Shown here: positions 1-15,350 of the stretch, piece by piece | Layout: the number at the start of each line of letters is the position of its first letter | Position numbering within the stretch: the stretch's first letter is position 1 | Assembly: GCA_964016885.1 (NCBI GenBank) | Contig: OZ024747.1 | Location: 21,142,001 to 21,206,000, forward strand | Direction of reading: 5' to 3' | DNA: 64,000 nucleotides | From: Eledone cirrhosa | Lineage: Eukaryota | Position numbers and translations under genes: made by a program | Notes under the pieces: model-generated | Seen by the model: the letters and a program-made list of their open reading frames with translations, nothing else | Database searches by the model: none | What the model was told of the DNA's origin: nothing

Positions 1-50
1 ATGTTTGTTTATATTTAATATTTCTGAGATTTAAAAAAATATAGATATTA

Positions 51-235
51 TTAACCCTTGAGCATTTAAAGTGGCCGTATCCAGCCAGAATTCTTTTACC
101 TAAGGTATTGGTCTCAAAATAAATAATATCACAGTCTCGTAGATCTGATATTATGTGAGATATTTATGTGAGATAAAGTATTTACTGTGCAAATACAATA
201 GTAAATATAGAGTAATGTGAATGCTAAAGAGTTAA
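51..235. mobile_element. piggyBac-like MITE (TTAA-flanked)
   Basis: TTAA-CCCTTGAGCATT...AATGCTAAAGAG-TTAA terminal inverted repeats; homologous to 38350-38582. Confidence 0.65.
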
Positions 236-1214
236 AGTTAATTATTTTTAGTCTTTATAGTTTACACTGCTACTGCCTATATATATCTTTTACGCTATCA
301 GTTTCAAATATTGGACTACAAACATACTAAGACACCATTTTCTCACTCTCTATATATATGAAATTACTTCATGTATGCTTATACAGCTGTAATTAATAAG
401 CATTGCAAAAAGTATTTTGTTTTTCAATAAGTGTTGTCAATATAAAGGCCACAGATGTAAGTTAGATTTAAAAGTGAACAAGGCACCATATGAAATCTAC
501 TAATGAGCCATCTAAACAGTTAATGGATTTCATTTCATGGATTAAAATCATCATTTTACATCTGTAAAATAATGTTGATGATGATAGAGCAATTTCAGTT
601 GGTATAACCCTCCACTTTCATTCCCCATGAAGACTGATATATAATATATTTTAACTGTATACATTTACTTCAATGTACTGGGTTATTTCTTGCTGCCATT
701 GTCATCATCATCGTCGTCTTTGCCATCATGGTAGTCTTTCTTGTTGGAACTGTCGTCATGGCACTTGTTGTTGCTGTGGCTGTTGGTGTTGTTAATCTCT
801 TTCTTTTACATTAACTTAATTTACATCCTGGTTAATACTAAAAACAAACAGCATTTTATCAAATATTCTCGTCTATCCAAACATTGAAAAGTGTCTGTAA
901 ATATTTAGATTTCTGCCAGAAATTTCTTTGATTTCTGCTGAGGTTTGTAGAAAATAATTTTCTAATTGGTCTTTCAATCATATGCCAACATAGACAGTTC
1001 TTTGTTTGTTTTTTTTAAAGAATTTATACAAATTACATCAAAATACTAAAATTACACTACATACTTACATATGTATGTATCCAGAATACAGATTGTAGAG
1101 TAACTGAGTACCAAATATCCCTCAAAGTTGTTGACAAGCAATTAGGTTTCCATGACTGAGTGCACCTAGCTGCATGTTGCTATTACTGTGATGCTATTAC
1201 AGTTCAACTCTGAT

Positions 1215-1368
1215 GGCAGTTGGAGAATAGGTGAAGTTAATAGAACATCAAATAGAATGTTTTACAGTATAAGTTTGGCTCCCTGGATTCTGAGTTCAAA
1301 TCCCACTGAGGTCAACGTTGTTTTTCGTTGTTTCAAGGTTGTTAAAAATGTACCAGTCAAGCACTGGA

Positions 1369-1372
<4 letters not shown>
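1215..1372 (+). mobile_element. Degenerate tRNA-derived SINE (same family as 45251-45440)
   Basis: TTCTGAGTTCAAATCCCACTGAGGTCAAC B-box region and TACCAGT..GCACTGG tail match the intact copy. Confidence 0.6.
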
Positions 1373-1436
<64 letters not shown>

Positions 1437-1959
1437 TTGGACTGCTTTGTCATGCAATGTAAATGGATAATTCTATCTGTAAAATCATATTAAAAATATA
1501 ATTGTCTGTGGCAGGGCCTCGAAGAGAAAACTGTTTAAAGGTGGTACAAATCTGCTTTCACTTTTCTAACTGGGCATGGGGTAGGAGAGTTCATCTCAAA
1601 ATTCAAAAGAGTTGAAAGGTATTTTTAGAGGAAGGGTGTCATATATTTACGAACCTTAGACCAATGTACTGGCTGAACAATTCCTTCATGTGGACCCTAG
1701 TTGGTAAAATATTTGGCCACTTTCACCCTCCCCCAATAGAGATCGAGGATGTAGGCTAATAATTACTTGTTGATGGAAAAGGGGTGGCCTTAAAGGGAAT
1801 GAGTGACATCTGGTGATACTATGAGATACACCTAGCTTTCCAAGTAGGTATGTTTGGGTGAGAAGGGGTGAAATTCTGGAATAAATTTGGCAGCACAAGA
1901 ACATTTAAGAAACAGTCAGTTTCATCAACATTGTTGATAAAGGCACATATTCACCTTTA

Positions 1960-3990
<2,031 letters not shown>

Positions 3991-4549
3991 TCAGTTTTTA
4001 TTTATCAAAGAATTCCTTTTACAGATAAATAAATAAGTAAACAAACAAATTAATAAATAAATAATAAAAAATTATCTCTTTATACAAAAATTCAATTTTA
4101 TTGACTCTTCAATGAGATTTCCAGTTCAAATATTTAGTTATATTTTCCTAATTCAGAAGTCTGTGAATAATGCTTAGTTAGATAGCATAATAATTTCCTT
4201 TGACACACACATTGCACTGCATTGAATACAAGCACACACACACACACACATGTGCACACATGCACACATGTGCACACATACACATCCCCATATACACACA
4301 CATATACACTCACAGGCACAAACACACTCACATGTAAACATACATACATGTACATACATACAAACATACACACACAGGCACAAACACACTCACAAGTACA
4401 CATACGTACACACACATACACACACAGGCATAATCACACTCACAAGTACACACATATACACACGCATATGCATTGCTCTAAACTTACAGCATACAATACA
4501 GCACTTCCTCCCCAAACATATTTAAAACATAGCATTGAGACCTCTAATA

Positions 4550-5117
4550 CCACAACATAGGCAGAGCACAACATAGCTATTATACAACAACATGGGTACA
4601 ACATAACAGAAAGATGATTTACAACAACATAGGAACAACACAACATAGTGGGCTATTATATAACAACATAGACATAACACAGAGGGCTATTATATAACAA
4701 CATAGACACAACATAGATGGCTATTATATAACAAAATAGATACAACACAGGGTGCTGTTCTATAACATAGGCACAATACAACACAGAGAGCTGTTATATA
4801 ACAACATAGACACAACACAACATAGAGGGCTATTATATAACAACATAGATACAACACAGGGAGCTGTTCTATAACATAGGCACAATACAACACAGAGAGC
4901 TGTTATATAACAACATAGACACAACATAACATAGAGGGTTATTATATAACAACATAGATACAACACAGGGTGCTGTTCTATAACATAGGCACAATACAAC
5001 ATAGAGAGCTGTTATATAACAACATAGACATAACACAACACAGAGGGCTATTATATAACAACATAGACATAACACAACATAGAGAGTTATTGTACAATAA
5101 CCTGAGCATAATGCAAC
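4550..5117. repeat. Degenerate flank of the 39-bp minisatellite (ACAAC-rich units)
   Basis: Units such as CATAGACACAACACAACATAGAGGGCTATTATATAACAA grade into the main array. Confidence 0.8.
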
Positions 5118-8100
5118 ACAGAGAGCTGTTATACAATGATATGGCTACAACACTATATAGATAACTGTTATATGACAATATGGCTACAACACTATATAGA
5201 GAATTGTTATATGACAACATAGCTACAACACTATATAGATAACTGTTATACAATAACCTAGCAACAACACTATATAGAGAACTGTTATATGACAACATGG
5301 CTACAACACTATATAGAGAACTGTTATACAACATGGCTACAACACTATATAGAGAACTGTTATATGACAACATGGCTACAACACTATATAGAGAACTGTT
5401 ATATGACAACATGGCTACAACACTATATAGAGAACTGTTATATGACAACATGGCTACAACACTATATTGAGAACTGTTATATGACAACATGGCTACAACA
5501 CTATATAGAGAACTGTTATATGACAACATGGCTACAACACTATATAGACAACTGTTATATAATAACATAGCTACAACACTATATAGAGAACTGTTATATG
5601 ACAACATGGCTACAACACTATATAGAGAACTGTTATACAATAACATAGCTACAACACTATATAGAGAACTGTTATATGACAATATGGCTACAACACTATA
5701 TAGAGAACTGTTATATGACAACATGGCTACAACACTATATAGAGAACTGTTATATGACAACATGGCTACAACACTATATAGAGAACTGTTTTATGACAAC
5801 ATGGCTACAACACTATATAGAGAACTGTTATATGACAACATGGCTACAGCACTATATAGAGAACTGTTATATGACAACATGGCTACAACACTATATAGAG
5901 AACTGTTATATGACAACATGGCTACAACACTATATAGAGAATTGTTATATGACAACATGGCTGCAACACTATATAGATAACTGTTATAGGACAACATGGC
6001 TACAACACTATATAGAGAACTGTTATATGACAACATGGCTACAACACTATACTATATACAGAACTGTTATATGACAATATGGCAACAACACTATATAGAG
6101 AACTGTTATATGACAACATTGTTACAACACTATATAGATAACTGTTATATGACAACATGGCTACAACACTATATAGAGAACTGTTATATGACAACATGGC
6201 TACAACACTATATAGAGAACTGTTATATGACAACATGGCTACAGCACTATATAGAGAACTGTTATATGACAACATGGCTACAACACTATATAGAGAACTG
6301 TTATATGACAACATTGCTACAACACTATATAGATAACTGTTATATGACAACATGGCTACAACACTATATAGAGAACTGTTATATGACAACATGGCTACAA
6401 CACTATATAGAGAACTGTTATTGACAACATGGCTGCAACACTATATAGATAACTGTTATAGGACAACATGGTTACAACACTATATAGAGAACTGTTATAT
6501 GACAACATGGCTACAACACTATACTATATACAGAACTGTTATATGGCAATATGGCTACAACACTATATAGAGAACTGTTATATTACAACATGGCTACAAC
6601 ACTATACTATATACAGAACTGTTATATGACAATATGGCTACAACACTATATAGAGAACTGTTATATGACAACATGGCTACAACACTGTATAGATAACTGT
6701 TATATGACAATATGGCTACAACACTATATAGAGAACTGTTATACAATAACATAGCTACAACACTATATAGAGAACTGTTATATGACAATATGGCTACAAC
6801 ACTATATAGAGAACTGTTATATGACAACATTGCTACAACACTATATAGATAACTGTTATATGACAATATGGCTACAACACTATATAGAGAACTGTTATAT
6901 GACAACATGGCTACAACACTATATAGTGAACTATTATATGACAAAATGGCTACAACACTATATAGAGAACTGTTATACAATGACATAGCTACAACACTAT
7001 GTAGAGAACTGTTATACAATGATATGGCTACAACACTATATATAGAACTGTTATACAATGACATAGCTTCAGCACTATATAGAGAACTGTTATACAATGA
7101 TATGGCTACAACACTATATAGAGAACTGTTATACAATGATATGGCTACAACACTATATAGAGAACTGTTATACAATGATATGGCTACAACACTATATAGA
7201 GAACTGTTATACAATGATATGGCTACAACACTATATAGAGAACTGTTATACAATGATATGGCTACAACACTATATAGAGAACTGTTATACAATGATATGT
7301 CTACAACACTATATAGAGAACTGTTATACAATGACATAGCTACAACACTATATAGAGAACTGTTATACAATGATATGTCTACAACACTATATAGAGAACT
7401 GTTATACAATGACATAGCTACAACACTATATAGAAAACTGTTATACAATGATATGGCTACAACACTATATAGAGAACTCTTATACAATGATATGGCTACA
7501 ACACTATATAGAGAACTGTTATACAATGATATGTCTACAACACTATATAGAGAACTGTTATACAATGATATGGCTACAACACTATATAGAGAACTGTTAT
7601 ACAATGATATGTCTACAACACTATATAGAGAACTGTTATACAATGACATAGCTACAACACTATGTAGAGAACTGTTATACAATGATATGGCTACAACACT
7701 ATATAGAGAACTGTTATACAATGACATAGCTACAACACTATGTAGAGAACTGTTATACAATGATATGGCTACAACACTATATAGAGAACTGTTATACAAT
7801 GATATGGCTACAACACTATATAGAGAACTGTTATACAATGGTATGGCTACAACACTATATAGAGAACTGTTATACAATGATATGGCTACAACACTATATA
7901 GAGAACTGTTATACAATGACATAGCTTCAACACTATATAGAGAACTGTTATACAATGATATGGCTACAACACTATATATAGAACTGTTATACAATGACAT
8001 AACTTCAGCACTATATAGAGAACTGTTATACAATGATATGGCTACAACACTATATAGAGAACTGTTATACAATGACATAGCTACAACACTATGTAGAGAA

Positions 8101-9050
8101 CTGTTATACAATGATATGGCTACAACACTATATAGAGAACTGTTATACAATGACATAGCTACAACACTATGTAGAGAACTGTTATACAATGATATGGCTA
8201 CAACACTATATATAGAACTATTATACAATGACATAGCTTCAGCACTATATAGAGAACTGTTATACAATGATATGGCTACAACACTATATAGAGAACTGTT
8301 ATACAATGATATGGCTACAACACTATATAGAGAACTGTTATACAATGATATGGCTACAACACTATATAGAGAACTGTTATACAATGATATGGCTACAACA
8401 CTATATAGAGAACTGTTATACAATGACATAGCTACAACACTATATAGAGAACTGTTATACAATGATATGGCTACAACACTATATAGAGAACTGTTATACA
8501 ATGACATAGCTACAACACTATATAGAGAACTGTTATACAATGATATGGCTACAACACTATATAGAGAACTGTTATACAATGACATAGCTACAACACTATG
8601 TAGAGAACTGTTATACAATGATATGGCTACAACACTATATATAGAACTGTTATACAATGACATAGCTTCAGCACTATATAGAGAACTGTTATACAATGAC
8701 ATAGCTTCAACACTATATAGAGAACTGTTATACAATGATATGGCTACAACACTATATATAGAACTGTTATACAATGACATAGCTTCAGCACTATATAGAG
8801 AACTGTTATACAATGATATGGCTACAACACTATATAGAGAACTGTTATACAATGATATGGCTACAACACTATATAGAGAACTGTTATACAATGACATAGC
8901 TACAACACTATATAGAGAACTGTTATACAATGATATGGCTACAACACTATATAGAGAACTGTTATACAATGACATAGCTACAACACTATATAGAGAACTG
9001 TTATACAATGATATGGCTACAACACTATATAGAGAACTGTTATACAATAA
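5118..9050. repeat. 39-bp minisatellite, roughly 100 copies
   Basis: Unit ATGGCTACAACACTATATAGAGAACTGTTATACAATGAT (reads MATTLYRELLYND); TATGACAAC variant dominates on the left, TACAATGAT/C variant on the right. Confidence 0.97.
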
Positions 9051-9260
9051 CAGTAACAGAGATTGTAAATGAGGTTCATAAGTTAATTTTGAAATCATGT
9101 TCTCTGTTCAGTCCCACTGTGCTACACTTAGTCTCTGAGCAAGCATAATCCACAATAACCTTGGTAGGTTTTAAGATTGAAATTCAATAGATGAAAGCTA
9201 GGCTACAGCCTATTGAATATATATATATATGTTTATGTGTGTGTGTGTGTGTGTGTGTGT

Positions 9261-9565
9261 GTGGTTAGAGCATTGGACTTGTAATCATGAAGTCATGAAT
9301 TTGATTCCCGGACTGGGTGATGCATTGTATCCTTGAGCAAGACACGTTATTTCACGTTGGTCCAGTTTACTCAGCTGTAGAAATGAGTTGCGACATCATT
9401 GTTGCAAAGCTGCATCAGACTTTGTCTTTCCCATGGACAACATCAGTGGCATGGAAAGGGAAGACCAGTATGCATGGGTGACTGTCAGTCTTCCACAAAC
9501 AGAATTGGAGGAGAACTATCTAGGTGTAAATCCCATGGTCATTTATGACTAAAGAGGTTTTTCTT
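9261..9565 (+). mobile_element. tRNA-derived CORE-type SINE
   Basis: GTGGTTAGAG...TTTGATTCCC head, then TCCTTGAGCAAGACAC CORE-like domain; homologous to 27667-27806 and 31800-32115. Confidence 0.75.
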
Positions 9566-9869
9566 TATATATATATATAGAGAGACAAAAAAAGAACCTG
9601 GGACGGGGTGATAAAAACAGATCTTGTTCACTTACACCTCTCTAAGACAATGTCACTGGACCAAGATCTTTAGCACTATGCAATTGTACAGACTTGCATA
9701 CAAACCTAAACCTACAGTCAGTAGGCACCTCTTAACCCAATATACACCCCACCCAACACACCCTACCCCATCCTCCCATTTCCATCCACTGTGTTGGTGA
9801 CACAGCAAAAAGAACCCCGTCCACACTGTAAAGTGGTCATGTAGGAGACACGGTAAAAAGGCTCCCAGT

Positions 9870-10042
9870 CCACACTGTAAATGTGGTTGGTGTTAGGAAG
9901 GGCATCCAGCCATAGGAAACCTTCCAGAGACAGTTCTGTATGAGCAAGACATGGTCTCCTGACCAATCCCGCATCAAGTTGATCAAAACCATCTAACCCA
10001 TGCTAGCGTGGAAGGTGGATGTTAAACAATGATGATGATGAT
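9870..10042 (+). mobile_element. Interspersed SINE-like repeat with (GAT)n tail
   Basis: TTAGGAAGGGCATCCAGCCAT...AACCCATGCTAGCGTGGAAGGTGGATGTTAAACAATGATGATG; related copies near 31575, 40885, 41010 and 50020. Confidence 0.65.
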
Positions 10043-10104
10043 ATATATATATATATAATAAATTTATACATATATATAAATTTATTTCAGATGGGCTAGC
10101 ATTA

Positions 10105-10370
10105 TTACATTGAATCAAGCTATACTAAACACTAAATCAGGTTACACTAAACCAAGTTAAACTATATCAGGTTACATTGTATCAAGTTACACTGAATTAG
10201 GTTGCATTAAATCTGGTTACACTAAATCAGGTTACATTTAATCAGGTTACATTGAATGAAGTTACACTAAATCATTTCACTCTAAGTCAGTTTACTCTAA
10301 ACCAGATTATATTGAATCAGTTTAGATTAAATCAAGTTAGACCAAATAAAGTTAGACTAAAATCATACTA
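10105..10370. repeat. Degenerate 15-bp tandem repeat (GGTTACACTAAATCA)
   Basis: Visible 15-nt periodicity. Confidence 0.8.
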
Positions 10371-10479
10371 AATTTGACCCAAGCAAGCATCTACATATGT
10401 ACTTAATCTGTTAAAAATAGCAGGCAAATCTTTTTCAAATCACACCTTACTGACATACATAGGGACAAAACACTTAAAA

Positions 10480-10659
10480 TAATTGTTTCTACTTTTGGCA
10501 CAAGGCCAGCAATAACCCAGTGCATTACTGGTACTTTATTTTATCGAAACCGTAAGGATTAAAGGCAAAGTGAACCTTGGCGGGATTTGAACTCAGAACG
10601 GAAAGGGCCGTAACTCTATGCATCAAAGCATGGCGTCTGACCCTCTACCGATACTGCCA
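10480..10659 (-). mobile_element. tRNA-derived SINE, Meta-domain type
   Basis: Reverse-complement match to 45251-45440. Confidence 0.8.
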
Positions 10660-11899
10660 AAATAATGTTGTCTCATATACCCAACAAAATATTTAGTAGT
10701 CTTAGCTGGAATACCTTTGATCTGAGAGTTTCTCAATCATGATAGACTAGGGGCTAAACAACACCACCATAACTCATACTGACCAACACTACACATTTTC
10801 TATCTCCCACCACATCCACACATACACATTATATAAAGAAACTATTTCTAAATCTCACATTAACTTACCTTTTTACTCACCCTCTCTCTCAGCCATTCAC
10901 TCACTAACTCCTTTACTTTATCAATTCAATAATATTATAACAAAACCAACAATTTACTGTCTTTACATACACAACAGAGAATCTTTTACCTTCTGCTGTA
11001 GACAAGATCTATTTGACATTTATTCCCCATTAGAACATCAAAGCATATATACATGTCTATGTGTGTATTTATTATGTATGTATGTGTATATATATTTATA
11101 TATATATATATATTGTGTGTGTATGTGTGTATATATGTGTGTGTGTGTATATATATATGTGTATGTGATTATATATATGTGTATGTGTGTATATATATAT
11201 ATATGTATGTGTGTGAATGTATATATATGTGTATGTATGTGTATATATATATATATGAATGTATGTATAGAGTGCCAATTCTAATATATATATATATGTG
11301 TGTGTACTATTTTCTTTTTCTCTTTTTCTGTTAGTCTTAAAGGTTCACTTTATTTGTAATAAATTGAGCAAGATACAACTTTTTTTTTTTTTGCCTCAGG
11401 TTTAATTTTTAACAAACAAGAATTTTATCCCGCCTCACTTACTTGTCGTTAAGAATAATATTTCTTGATTTGTTTTCAAAAGAAACCAAAAAAACAAAAA
11501 ATAATAATAATAATATTAGTTATAATATAATACAAATAAAAAAAACTTCATAAGAAAACGAAATTTATTAGTTTTTCAATTTTCTAGAGTTTGATTGGAT
11601 TATTTCCACATTTTAAAAGGTTGCTTTATGTTTGTTTTGACTGACATTTTTTCAGGGGGGTTTTTTTGTAATGTTTTTCTATGTTTTCTTTGTTTCATTG
11701 TTTGTTTCATACTGCTGGTCAGATTTGATCAAATAGACCCATGACACGGAAATCATTCAGTCTTGTGTGAAATTGTGTATAATAGGAATATAGGTGAAAA
11801 GAAAGATTTGATCTCTGATTTCTGCCTTTATAAACCACCTCCTCACTTCTCTGCATTCTGAAATTATGCAGCAACTTCAAGTTAATCTGTGTTGTTGCT

Positions 11900-11903
11900 A
11901 TTT

Positions 11904-11935
<32 letters not shown>

Positions 11936-12225
11936 AGTGGTGGTGGTTGTGGTGGTAGTTGTAGTGGTAGTGGTGGTAGTTGTGGTGGTAGTGGTGGTGG
12001 TGATGGTGGTAGTTGTGGTGGTGGTGGTAGTGGTGGTGGTTGTGGTGGTAGTTGTGGTGGTAGTGGTGGTAGTTGTGGTGGTAGTGGTGGTGGTGATGGT
12101 GGTAGTTGTGGTGGTGGTGGTGGTGGTGGTGGTGGTGGTGGTGGTAGTAGTGGTGGTGGTTGTGGTGGTAGTGGTGGTGGTTGTGGTAGTGGTGGTGGTA
12201 GTGGTGGTTGTGGTGGTAGGTGTGG
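11900..12225. repeat. (GTG/GTA/GTT)n trinucleotide repeat
   Basis: Directly visible; gives poly-Val, poly-Thr and poly-His ORFs. Confidence 0.95.
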
Positions 12226-12373
12226 TATTCTGTGGAGGAAGCCTCACCATAGTTGTTTGCATGGTGCCTGAGGCGCTGGAGGCAATATGGATAATGAGTA
12301 TTTTGCCTACTCAGGGCAGGGCATTTAACCATCTTAGAACTACATGTGGTACTGATGTAAATACTAATATTTG

Positions 12374-12414
<41 letters not shown>

Positions 12415-12540
12415 TCATTATCTTCATTAATCATCATTTAATGTCCATTTTCATTGCTAGAAAGGGTTGGATCTGTCGTTACCGACTGGTCAGAACTCTA
12501 GTGGAACCTTTAACTGCCAGGTGAGCCTGGCTCCTGAAAT

Positions 12541-12677
12541 ATGATCATGCATTTTATAATAGCATCAATACTAGGGAAGTTGTTATAAAGTGTCTTGCTC
12601 AAGGAAACAACACATCCTTGAGCAAGACACTTTATAACAACTTCCCTAGTATTGATGCTATTATAAAATGCATGATC

Positions 12678-12679
<2 letters not shown>
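12541..12679. repeat. Perfect inverted repeat, 65-bp arms, 9-nt spacer
   Basis: 12541-12605 is the reverse complement of 12615-12679; abuts a (TA)n tract. Confidence 0.9.
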
Positions 12680-12733
<54 letters not shown>

Positions 12734-13759
12734 AAACAGCATATATATATATTTAGAGACATCGACGTGTGAAAATAATGATAATTCCTATATGTAATTC
12801 CATTGCAATGGAGAACATATAAATGTATCATACCAACAGTAAAAATTGAAGCCACATCAAACCCTCATTTCATTATAACATGAAAGATGTAAAAAAAAAA
12901 AAAAATGAATGGAATGGAATGAAATATAGTGTTAAATGGGGAAAACAAACTAAAACAAAAACTATTTCATTAAAATGTTTTTAAAATCTATTGAAGTTAA
13001 GGTATTCATGAATAAAGCAGTAATGATGGCACAATTTGATGCATTATTTCTAGAAAATGACCTTTCTACCTCGAAAAGGTGTTAAATACCTAGTAGTTGT
13101 AAAAACTAATGATTATTCTCACACACATACATAATTATTACAACAGGAAGACTCAAAGGACACAGAATATTATATATTCCAAAAGTCTCCACATTTACAA
13201 AGATAGACACAAACATGAGTATATTCAAACACATACATAAACAAATACATACATAGAAACATACACACATACATACATACACACACACACACGCATATAA
13301 ACATACATGCATACATACATAAATACATACATATATACATACATACATGTGTATGTATATGCAAGGATGGAAAAACGGATGTAAAACTATGATGTTGATA
13401 TACATACGTGTGTAGGTATAAACAAAGTATGTATGTATAAATTCACATCTTAAGATATATATGTATATATATATACACACACACATATATGAAGATGTAA
13501 ATTTATACATACATATACAGATATGTATACACATAAAAATTTAACAATGATGTAGCAATTCCCCACTACCACCAGTGCCACCACCACCACCACACCCACA
13601 CATATATGGTATTTGTGCAACAATGCATGCAAATATATATAGATACGCACTCATAAATAAATCTATATATGTGTGTTTATGTATAGAGACTCAATTATAT
13701 TTACTTGTGTGTTTGCATAGTATATATATGTATATATATATATATACATGTATATATAT

Positions 13760-13847
<88 letters not shown>

Positions 13848-13880
13848 TATATATATATAATATATATATATATATTATAT

Positions 13881-13912
<32 letters not shown>

Positions 13913-14015
13913 AAATATATATATATATATAAAATATATATATATATATAAAATATATATATATATAAAATATATATATATATATATAAAATATATATAT
14001 ATATATAAAATATAT

Positions 14016-14049
<34 letters not shown>

Positions 14050-14052
14050 ATA

Positions 14053-14111
<59 letters not shown>

Positions 14112-14387
14112 TAATATGATCATATACATATGCATACAGTCATGGTTGCATATTTTAACATCTTATCAGACAACTAAATGTTAACACAAAACTCATATCT
14201 CTTTGTTTTATCAGATTATTTAATCATCACTACCACCACAACCATCACCACCTCCACTTTCATCATCATCATCAACATAACCACTACTACCACCACTGCT
14301 ACTTCCCCCACCACCATCATCCTTATCATAATACCCGACCATTCACCATTGTCAGTCATCATCATCTTCATCATTATAATTACTGGC

Positions 14388-14492
14388 ACCGAGGTTAACT
14401 TTGCCTTTCATCCTTACGGGGTCGATAAAATAAAGTACCAGTAATGTACTGGGTAATTACTGGCCTTGTGCCAAAAGTAGAAACAATTATAA
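14388..14492 (+). mobile_element. 5'-truncated Meta-type SINE
   Basis: CCGAGGTTAACTTTGCCTTTCATCCTTACGGGGTCGATAAAATAAAGTACCAGT...GTAGAAACAATT. Confidence 0.8.
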
Positions 14493-14944
14493 TTACTGGC
14501 ACCATTTTTATTATTGTCATTGCACCCAACAGCACCATCAAACACTTCCTTATTATTATTATTATCATCATCGTCATCGCCATCATCATCAACAACACAG
14601 TAATTGCTAACATCTTTCCAATCATCACCATTACAGCAGATCTCTAGTATCATTATCCTCTTACTCATCTTCATACTCGTTATCATCATCATCAATTCTC
14701 ATTTGTCAATCTTGATATGAATTAAGTTTTCTTGAACACATTAAATCTACTGAACTTATTACAGACAAGAATTTGGTTAGCTCTGGGAGGTTTTATTACA
14801 GCTTAGTAATGATGTTATAACCTTATTGATCACTAATCAAATTTATTTTGGTCTTTGACTCTATAGCTGTGAACACTGTAGATCTGAAGTGATTGAAGAC
14901 TAACAATTCCACTGCTGTTGTTCACAGATTTGGAAAATAATAAT

Positions 14945-15350
14945 CATTTCTAATTTAGGCACAAAGCCAGCAATTTGTGTGGATGGGGGAGTCGATTACA
15001 CTGATCCCAGTATTTAACTGGTAGTTTATTGCATCAAACTCAGATGGATGATCTCAGCGGGATTTTAACTCAGAACATAATAAGCCAGAACAAATACTGC
15101 AAAGCATCCTACCCAATGCTTTAATGATTCTGTCAATCCACCACACTCATTTAGAAAATAGTACTCTTAATGAAAAGTCATTTTGTTCCTTGTAGGTACC
15201 CACTCTTACAAGGTATGGGTGCCTATGGAAAGATCAAAGGCAAAGTTGACCTCAGCGAGATTTGAACTCAGAATACAAAGAATTAGAACAAATACTGCAA
15301 TGGCATTTTATTCAACACTCTGCCAAATCTATCAATACACTACCCATCTT
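14945..15350 (-). mobile_element. Two degenerate Meta-type SINE copies
   Basis: GGCAAAGTTGACCTCAGCGAGATTTGAACTCAGA and AGGCACAAAGCCAGCAAT motifs. Confidence 0.6.

Noticed and set aside
660-830. Minus-strand Thr- or Asp-rich exon
   Set aside because: Stops in all frames right after the candidate acceptor; looks like a decayed trinucleotide repeat
6594-9098. 834-aa and 734-aa ORFs as protein genes
   Set aside because: Produced by a 39-bp unit lacking stops in those frames; neighbouring units have frameshifts
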